NCBI GenBank assembly: GCA_001179505.1
Contig: CDMY01000677.1
Location: forward strand, 186,001-250,000
DNA: 64,000 nucleotides
DNA from: Vitrella brassicaformis CCMP3155
Taxonomy: Eukaryota; Protista; Chromerida
Direction: 5' to 3'
Both the position numbers and the translations under genes were made by a program. Positions 51,601-60,272 of the stretch are shown one piece after another. Every line of letters begins with the position of its first letter. The first letter of the stretch is position 1. The notes beneath the pieces were generated by a model. It was not told the DNA's origin, searched no databases, and saw nothing but the letters and a program-made list of their open reading frames with translations.

Positions 51601-53311
51601 ACACCCACCCCTCATGCGAAGCCACTGCCCCCGCCCCGCCCCTCCACCACGTCCACCGAGAAGGGGCAGGGCCGTCGCGGCAAACCCCGCTTCTCCACGG
51701 CCACTGCGTGCCTCCCCGCGGCTGTGGATGGGCATCAGCACAACCACACCAACACCAGCACCAACAAGAAACAAACAGCGGCCCCCCCGCGAGTCGGGCA
51801 AGGTTCGCTGGCCCCCTTCGCCAAGGGGATGGTGACGCTGAAGCCCCCACATGGCAGAGGGAGTGGGCCGATGGCTCGCGGCCCACCTGTCCCGGAGGGC
51901 CCCTCTCGCTCTACGACAGCCGGGAGTGGCGCCGGCAGGGGCCTGATGTCTCTGTTTGCTAATGAGTCGACTCCACCGCCCCGCCCCCTCTCCCCGCCCC
52001 CATACCCAACACTCCCGTCAGCCGAAGAGCTCAGAAAGGCCGACCAGTGGCAGGAGCAGCAGCAGCAGGCGACATTCGAAGCCGAGTGGCCGAGGTAAGA
52101 CAGACTATAGCGGTCGAAACTTCTGCACCTCTGATCTGCCTGTATGTCTGTAGTCTCCCTACTACACCTGCGTCAGCCGCTTTCGGCCCGTCGTCACCAC
52201 GGCCACCTGTCAACCCACAGTGAGGCACATGATTCTGCCGATCGATAAGTGCATTCATGAGCTGTGTCACTCATCGTTCGGTGTGCACGCAGTACTCCAC
52301 CGTTGCCCGTTAGCCATGACGGCCCCATCAACATCGGCTTCTCAAGCGTTGCCCTGCCACACGATCCCATTCCTCTCTCCCCGCCCGGCTCGCCACTCCC
52401 TCTCTTGCCGATGTCGCACTCGGATGGCCCCCCCGCCGTCGCTGCTGGTGGTGAGGGGCCGTCATCTTCGGTCGACCCGTTCTACGACGACCATGACAGT
52501 GACGATGACATGCATGTGCCGCCCCCGCCGCCAATATTCGAATGGGAAGAGGATGAGGACAGCGGCTACGGTACCCCAGCACCAGCACCAGCAGCGGCAT
52601 CATCGAGTAGTGCATCCATCCCGTCTGCTGCCAACGGGAGAGCGGGTGGGTGAACACGGCACCGAACAGAGTGGCCAAGGGGCGAATCAATCATGTGTGT
52701 CATGAGCAAGGTTTGGCACGTGTGTGCTGTCCGTCCGTCTGCAGGTCTTCTGAGGGCCATGGCGATATGTACCACTTGATGCTGCAGATGCAGCTCGAGA
52801 TGCAAGCCATGAGACAACAGTGAGCCAGCCGAGAGGCAGCCACCAAACGAACCGAATGCCAGCCTTCTCCTTCGTTTCCCATTTCAGGCTCGCCCAGATG
52901 AGTGGGCAGCAGTCCTCACAGCAGCCCCCATCCAGCAGCTCGTCGGCTCCTCCACCCCCTCTCCCTCTCCCTGCCCCTCTCCCTGCCCCTGCCCCACCCA
53001 CCACTCAGTCTCAGCCAAGCGGCCAGTGCTGTGTGTGTTACGGCGAGCACGGCCCGGCCACTTTCGCCTTCGTCCCCTGCAGGCATCTGTGTTTGTGCGC
53101 GCATTGCCACCAGCAGTACAAGGCCCGTCACGACCAGAAGGTGGCGCGGGTGCAGCAGCGGAACCGCACCAGGGACAAGCCGCTGCCGCTGGCGCAGTAC
53201 CGATGTCCCTACTGCAATGGCGAGGCGGTGCACTCTGACACGCTTCCCAACCTCCGGCAGTGGGTGGAGCAGATTCACACGATCGACGGAGGCGACGAGC
53301 TGTGCGTTTAA
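45630..53311 (+). CDS. Lineage-specific helical (ARM-like)/coiled-coil protein with internal tandem duplication and C-terminal C3HC4 RING
   Basis: Two units each have a large helical exon, small exons and the coiled coil DREAQRRADELIEEERREK. The final exon reads CCVCY..AFVPCRHLCLCAHC..CPYC. Both units have an in-frame TAG or a 24-nt intron (see findings). The start is uncertain. Confidence 0.7.
45688..51834 (+). repeat. Tandem duplication, unit ~3.06 kb (45688-48770 and 48772-51834)
   Basis: 46650-48770 versus 49699-51834 is near-identical including introns. The large first exons (45688-46580 versus 48772-49660) are clearly more diverged. Confidence 0.93.
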
Positions 53312-53544
53312 GTTGAGAAGAGATGAAGGCCGTGTGTGGTGTGGGGGTGGATTTAAGTGTTGCCGAGGGGTTTAAGTGTCGGATGTCTTCCGTCACGGGC
53401 ATTTTTGCCCCTACCGCTCGCTCACTAAGTCATTCCATTGCACTACACTACATAGCCATTCATCCATTCGTTCATTCATTCAGGTGTTTGTGTGTGTAGG
53501 TATATATATATATACGTTGTCTGTCCTGAATCAATCAATGAGTG

Positions 53545-53874
53545 CATGTGCGTACCCACTCGCTGTTCGTGTGCATGTGCGTATTTATCCAGGTCTTGTG
53601 TATGTGCTCAGACGGGGGGCGAGGGTGGGCGGAGGACATACACACAGACATACATGTGCATGGTGTCAAGGAAGGTTGGTCTATCAACTTTCTTGTAGCC
53701 GCTGTCCCGCTGATGCACTCATCCCACCCCCTTCCTCCCTACCTGTCTGCCTGCCATGTGCGTACCTACTCGCTGTTCGTGTGCATGTGCATATTTGTCC
53801 AGGTCTTGTATTGATGTGCTCCGACGGGGTGCGTGGGTGATGGTGGACATACGTATACGTGGTATCAAGGAAGG
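53545..53874 (+). repeat. Intergenic imperfect direct repeat (~120-130 bp, period ~210 bp)
   Basis: catgtgcgtacc(c/t)actcgctgttcgtgtgcatgtgc..ccaggtcttgt..gatgtgctc/tatgtgctc..gacgggg..ggacatac..tcaaggaagg occurs at 53545-53676 and 53755-53874. Confidence 0.85.
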
Positions 53875-54001
53875 TGCATTCATTCACACACTCATGAATG
53901 GAATGGCACGTCAGAGTGTCCAACCAACGTTGCGGGCATCGTCATCCCTCTCTCGCACGCCAACAAACGAAAAGCAATGCAGTCATACATTTGTACACGC
54001 A

Positions 54002-56423
54002 CTACAGCTGGGACTGGTCCACCCCACTATCGTCCACACGCCTCTTCTTCGGCACCCGCTTCAACTTACGCCTCACTGCCGGCCTCTCACACGCGACCGC
54101 CCTCTCAATCCCATCTCCATCACACGACATCCCTCCCCCTCCCTCTCCCCCCGCCCCAGCCTGGCTCTCGCGAGGCCGCTTGACCAGCCGCTTGATCAGC
54201 CGCTTGTTGGCGCTGCTGCCCACCTGGCTGCCCTCCTCAACGTCGATCGGCGATGAAGACGACATGCCCACCATGCCATTAGCATCAGCACTGACAGCAG
54301 CAGGTGCAGGTGCAGGTGCTGCTTCTGATGTTGGCTGGTTCCGGGGAGAAGGTGGAGGGGACGACGCCAGAAAGTCGCCGAAGATCTGATCGAGAATATC
54401 CCTCTCTGGCGGCTCTTCTGGTGCACCAGCTGCGGGGCCCGTAGCATCGCCGGCTGCTGCAGCTGCTGCTGGTGCTGCTGCTGGTGGGAGAGACGGTGAT
54501 GGAGGGGCCTGTGGGGGTGGTGCAGGGGTGTCTTCGGGGTCATCGGATGGGAAGAAGAAGTCGTTGATGTCAAATCCTAGGACGGGCGAGGCCGGAGCGT
54601 CCGCGGCAGGTGGCTCGGGTCGCTCGGACGACCGCCTGAGCTCGAGTGCCCGCTGATCTCGCTCATAGGCGGCCTCGTGACGCCTGATCAACACACACAC
54701 ACACACACACACAGAGAGAGAGAGGCAGGTAGGTGTGAGAATGATTGCCCGTTGTTCAGTGCCACACCGTTTCCGGTCAGGCGCGAGGCTCTCCCACTGC
54801 TCCTGCAGGTTCCTCACCAACTCATCTACCTGCATCCATGACAACAAACAGTCGAAGAAGACGTGATAGGTCGCCACAGCAGGCATGTGCGTGTGCGTTG
54901 GTGTTTGGCTCACCTCGGCGTACGGGCATTCGCCTCGCTTGAAGACGAGCATCTCATCCACGAAACGACTCCTGGGCGACCGCACAGCCTCCCCATTAGG
55001 AACACCCTCCTCGACCACACTGAACACACCACACAAATCGACATATGACCAATGTTGGCAGGTGTTACCAGGTAAGTCCGCTTTCTCACCGTTTCTTCTT
55101 CTTCCTGGCGGCGGCCTTCGGTCTCAGCGGCTTTGGCCCCGCCTTGCGCTTGGCCGCCCGCCGCACCCTCTCAGGCACCACATCCACACGCCCACCACTG
55201 CTATGCCCTGCCGCCGGAGCCGCCGCCTTAGCCGAACCAGCAGCAGCGGCCGGCTGCCCTTCATCCACTGCCGCCTCCTCCCCGTCCCCATTATCGGGCC
55301 CCTGTGGTAGCTCCTGTTTGTCCAGTATCTCCTTGATGTCGGTCTCATAGAGGACGAGGACCTTCTTGGCTATCGACGGGTCGTTGTTGAGCGCCATGGC
55401 GGCCTCGTACTTGGTGGTGCTCGTCACCGCCCGCCCGTCCTTGAGGTAGCTGCCCACCACCAGGTAATCGGTGTTGCGCGTGACACTGCTCTGCACCTTG
55501 CCCCCGAGTGCCCTGACTGGCCTCTCCGCGTCCTTCCTCGTCAGCTTCTTCAGCTCGCCCGTGAAGACAAAGCTAGCTCCAGCAAAGGGGTACTCGCGTG
55601 TCGGGAGCTCGGGCTCCTTCTTGGGCTTCCTGGGACCCCTCCTTGCCTTGGCCTTGGCCTTGCCCTTGGCGCCCGCTGCTGTCCCAAAGCTCAGGGGAAT
55701 GCGGCGGGGACCACTCCCGCTGGTTTTCGCCCCTGGATGTGGCTGCCTATCGTCTTGTGGTGCGGCCTGGGGCGCAAGCTGGGCAGCGAGGGGCGCGTCG
55801 TCATCCCATAGCAGCGGGTCGGTGGTCCCCCTGGCATTGTTGGCGTCAACAGCGTGGTCGCTGGATGGCGTCACCATGTCGATTGGTGGAGGGGGAGGGG
55901 CAGACGCACGGGGAGGGATGGGAGGAGGGGCAGGGGAGGGAGCGGGGCAGACCATGCCCGCCGGGTGATGCAGACAGGCGCGGCTGATCATTCCGATGAT
56001 GTGGTGGCAGATGCCGTACTCTAGAAACACGTGGCAGTCGCTGCACGCCTTGTCCACCAAAGCCAGCTCATCGCCATAGCGCAAGGCCGCACGCACTTCA
56101 TGAGAACGACCGCTGCTGCTCTTGGTGGAGCTGCATCGGCTTGATAGCACCCACTGCCTGCCGCCATCCACCTCGTTGGTCGTGTTGCGAGCAGAGAGGT
56201 TGCTGATGAGCTCCGGTTTCTTCAGTACGCCGGAGCGGACAGCCATGAGGTTGTAGAAGGTCTGTGGGACGGTCGCTGACTCATGCCGAATCGGCGAAAG
56301 GTGTCCCAGGTCCTCTAACTCCTCCTCCTCCTCACGACAAATCAAAGCCGCCACCTCCTCCTCAGTCACAGTGGCTCTGTGATGCCAATACGGCTCCTCC
56401 AAATCAGTATTCTGCGGTTCCAT
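54002..56423 (-). CDS. SWIM-like Zn finger + RFC1/ligase-type BRCT + HMG-box-like protein
   Basis: [17 protein letters not shown] (SWIM-like). [50 protein letters not shown] (BRCT). An NLS-like RKKKKR. Spliced [38 protein letters not shown] (HMG-like). Confidence 0.75.
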
Positions 56424-56459
56424 CGTGAATTCATACACAATTCAAAAACTGAGGACATT

Positions 56460-56475
56460 AGCTCGCAAGCTCGCA
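56460..56475 (+). promoter_or_regulatory. Tandem AGCTCGCA x2 in the 112-bp divergent spacer (SWIM-BRCT/family copy 2)
   Basis: agctcgcaagctcgca read directly. Confidence 0.5.
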
Positions 56476-56535
56476 ACAACGGTTCAGCCGTTGGTGGGCG
56501 TCTTCTTTTGGGCGCCTTTTGCATCACGCCGAGTG

Positions 56536-57752
56536 ATGGCGAAGCGTGTCTGCACGGAGGATGCTTTGGCGGCCTCCTCGGCCGCCTCCCACACGTCGCA
56601 AAGCCGCTTCCCCGACGTCCTTGGTGAGGCGGGCATTGTTCTGGCGGACTTCACGACTGCACCGGACCTGTACGCCTTCAGACGGACCTCACGCGCGGCC
56701 ACACACCAGCTGAGTGCCAACTACCTCGTCCAGCGCATCAGCCGGTGCTCACCGACCAGCAGCCGTGTGAGGCCGGCGGACGTGCAGCGTGTGGGGTCCA
56801 AGGCGGTGCTTGACGGCCGGGCGGACAGCCTCAAGCAGTACAGCCTCTTCGGCCACCTGCTGGGGCAACATGAAGTGATAGCCCTCCGCCAGATCGACGG
56901 CATCGAGCAGCTGGGTGAGACACTGGTGACTGTCTACACACAGCAGACGCTCCCCGTCAACCATGAGTTCATCGGTTCATTTGACCCAACAGATCCTGTC
57001 GTGAGAGGTGAGGGACCGCGAATGCATGCAAGTGGCATGGCAGAACAGGGGATGCCAAATTGTGTGCTATGGTGTGTGTTCCGTTCCCTTCAGCGAACAA
57101 CGAGGTGGATTACATGAGTTTCCGACAGCTGGCCATCACGCGGTAAGTAAGGCGACACGACCCATGGAAGCCACTTGTACACATGTGGATGATCCGTCTG
57201 TGTGCCTTTGCCTAGTTTTCCGTCCCAGGAGCGGAGGATGTGTTATCGCAGCATCCGGCAAGGCCTATACGCTCAGTTTCGGCACATGTTGCGGCGAGCT
57301 GCCGATCTGCTGACACAAGTAGGCCAACTACCGAGATCAACTGCTATGTCGGGGGTGCCTGTCTCTTCTCATCGTTGCAGGCCGCCATTCCCTGGGGCCG
57401 TCAGATCAGGCTGGTGAGAGTCGACCATGGGCGGCGGAGCGGCTCCATCTACCTATGCGGAGAGGGCAAGGATGACACCTTTGCTGCCTGCGTGACCCTC
57501 CGTAGTCGCGACGACCGCTGTTGCACGATTGACCTCTACACGACTGAGACTCCCCAGCCGCACCAGGAGGGCCCCCTCCGCTTCCCCCAGACACTGCAGC
57601 TGGCCCGTCAGCTGCTGGGCAATGACGAACAGACGCTCTTTGGCGATTTGGCGATACAAGTGCGCGCCTTCGGCCCGCTGCCGAGGAAAGTTATGGCGTT
57701 GATGGCCGCGGGCATGACAAAAGCACAAGCCTGGGCCACGGTTGCACCCTAG
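56536..57752 (+). CDS. Lineage-specific multicopy family gene, copy 2 (internally deleted; possibly a pseudogene)
   Basis: Starts MAKRVCTEDALAASS and is paralogous to 770-2120. It lacks about 60 aa (GGILSWD..RAIDSLP) present in copy 1 and has TAG where copy 1 has CAG near the C-terminus. Confidence 0.65.
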
Positions 57753-57804
57753 CAGGGAACAGGAGGATGACAGCTAGGAGAAGGCAGGGACGGTGGGGCG
57801 ATTA

Positions 57805-58170
57805 ACCTGACAGTGAAAGGGTCAAGCGATGCGAATCATTTGACTCTCCACGAATAGCCAAATAGCTTGATTGAATGGCGTGTGTGAGGTCTGGTGTCAC
57901 ATCCATGTCGTTCTTGTCGATGGCTGTGCCGCTGGCTGGTCGTGGAACATGGGTACTCTTGTCGTGTCTCCGATGAGTGGACGCGAGAATGTTCTGACGA
58001 CATGCAATGATGCATTGTCCTTAAGCGCACTGACTTGATGAACGCACCGAGACACGTCAGCAAGCAAAGTCATGACTTGGCAAAACATAAAACGCAGACG
58101 TAGGATCACAGGCATCGTGGTGGATGCCTCGGGCACATACATGCAATGACGTCTGCTCAGAATGAATGGC
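57805..58170. repeat. Left part of the split inverted homologue of 181-735
   Basis: Reverse-complement match to 343-735; homology stops at aatgaatggc (58161-58170). Confidence 0.9.
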
Positions 58171-60174
58171 TTGATGGTACTGCTGCCAAATGGGGTCGGG
58201 ATTGTCTGTCAGGCCGGGGGCGGGGGGGAGGTGCCGGTCCACTGTGTTGCGGCGACAGAAGCTGGGCGGCTTCTCGCCCTCTGGCACCACCTGACAAAGA
58301 CAGATTGATGCTCACAGGTGGATTACACAGAAGTAGCTGGGACATGGCTGTTTTGTGTGTACCTGTGGTGGTCTGCTGCTGCTGCCGTCTTTGTCCTGTG
58401 TTGATGTGGCTGGCTCGTCCTCTTCAGCCGTGAGGGTGTCAAAGTCATCCTCTGCATCATCATCTGCAGCAACCGACGCACACTCATGTGCCACCATATG
58501 ATGCCTGCCGAGTGAATGTGTCCCTTGCGTCCGTCGAGGGCCGCATCGAGAAGCGCTTCCACCCTACAGGCAGGCAGGCAGACAGATATCACAGCTGTGA
58601 CACATCCACGTGTGTGTGACCATGGTCATGTAGGTCGCACACTCGTCGTCTGCCTCCTGAATGGCCGCGTCTCGCCGGGAATCCTCACACCCTGAACCAA
58701 ACACACAGCCAGCATCCACCAGCTTGGTCGAGGCAGCTTTCTCTCCGAGGCATCACCATGTTGGCTGGCTGTGCGCTGCAGGTCGCTGTATCGCTGACAC
58801 ACTCGGCCGAGCTTCCACTGGTGCACCGCTGCACGGGGGGCACCTGGTGGGGTGAGTGACACACACAAAGGTCAATGAGCTGGACACACGAGACGGGTGA
58901 TTAATGACCACTGACCATCTTCCCCAATGCCTTTCTGGTAGCAAATCAGTCCGTTCGGATGAATCACAGACACATTGCCTGACAGACAGACAGACAGACA
59001 GACAGAGAGTGGGTGACGGACGTCTCAAGGTCTAATGGCGTGTTCCCTGGCCGGCCTACATGTGGTGTCGAGTTGGTGCGCCTTGTCGGGGCTGTAGAGG
59101 CGGAAGACCTTCCGCCCACGCAGCAACACATACAGATTGTCGTGCTGCACACACACAACTAACGAAATGCAAAGGACATGACGGTTGGCTGTGCATCTGT
59201 CTCACAAAGTCATGGTGGAGTCCACTGGTGGTGCCAGCGCGGCTCTGCCCCATCCACACGTTGTACTGATACGGCAAGAGGTGACTGCACAAGCAGACGA
59301 ACAACAGTGTGCCGCGGAGAGAACAACTGGTTGTTTCCATCCTCTCCTACCCGAACAGCTTGGGCCTCAACGGCACATCAGCGAGCAGGGCGGACGCGGG
59401 ATGCCCAGTGAGCGACACAGGACCTGCTCTCAACACCCAAGACCCGGTGGACACAGCCATCAACAGAGTCCATCAGAGTGGTGTGTGTTGACTGACCGGT
59501 GCCTGTCTCGTCTATCGTCTGTGTGGTCAAGTAGAGATCCTCACGACCTGCACCCAACATGCAGCCAGCACAATCAGCGGCCAAGTGGCTTCGTGGCTGC
59601 ATCCAAAGTGGATCGCTTGCCTTTATCGAGCTCATCGAGGAAAGCACCGAAGGCCATCCTTACTTTGCGGCCCTCACCTGCACGGCCACAAAAGACAAAG
59701 CGATGACCGAACTCTACTCCTGCCCATCCCTCACCAAATTGGTCAAAGTCATTCCGCCGGTGCTCGACATCGACAAACGAATCACCGGCCCTCTGTCGCA
59801 AATAGCTGTTCGTCCACCGCTGGAGACCCTTGAATTCGCCGCTCAATGAGTCAGTGAGCACCACTGGCATTCGCCACTTGACGAACTGATAGAAGAAATC
59901 ACCAGCAGAGAGAGAGGCCAGGGGCACACCCTCAATGGGCCAAAACACATCAGGCGAGAACCTGAATCGACAGGCACAAAGTGCACCAACAGAGGAGCAA
60001 TGGGAGGTGTGTGCTCGGGTGTGCTCGTCCAGCGGCTTCCTTCTTTGCATCGTCGAACTCACTCACTCACCCTTTGTATGTGACGACGGCGTCTTGACAT
60101 CTTTTGCCTCTTTCTGCCCTGTTTGTGAAGATCTGCTCATCCCGCTGCCTTCTCGGCTTCTTGCGATGCTTCAT
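58171..60174 (-). pseudogene. JmjC/cupin-8 family gene, 3'-truncated at the insertion boundary
   Basis: FVKWRMPVVL..WTNSYL..GDSFVDVE..FGEG..MAFGAFLDEL, YLTTQ, YQYNVWMG..TTSGLHHDFHDNLYVLLRGRKVFRLYSP, and KPPSFCR. The frame runs into the repeat before any G-x-x-LYLP-x-GW-x-H-x-V strand. The start is uncertain. Confidence 0.75.
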
Positions 60175-60272
60175 TTTCACTCCTCACAACAGCTAAGCTC
60201 GCAGACCTCGGGCAGGGTTTCGGAGCCACTCTCTCTCAGCCGCGCAGATCTCGCAGGTCTGGCTTACCAGCA

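Noticed and set aside
55300-55600. RFC1 or DNA ligase gene
   Set aside because: Only the BRCT is similar; no AAA+ Walker motifs or ligase domain are present.
55990-56120. SWIM finger as evidence of a MULE transposase
   Set aside because: No DDE/MULE core or TIRs lie nearby, and the protein continues into BRCT and HMG-like domains.
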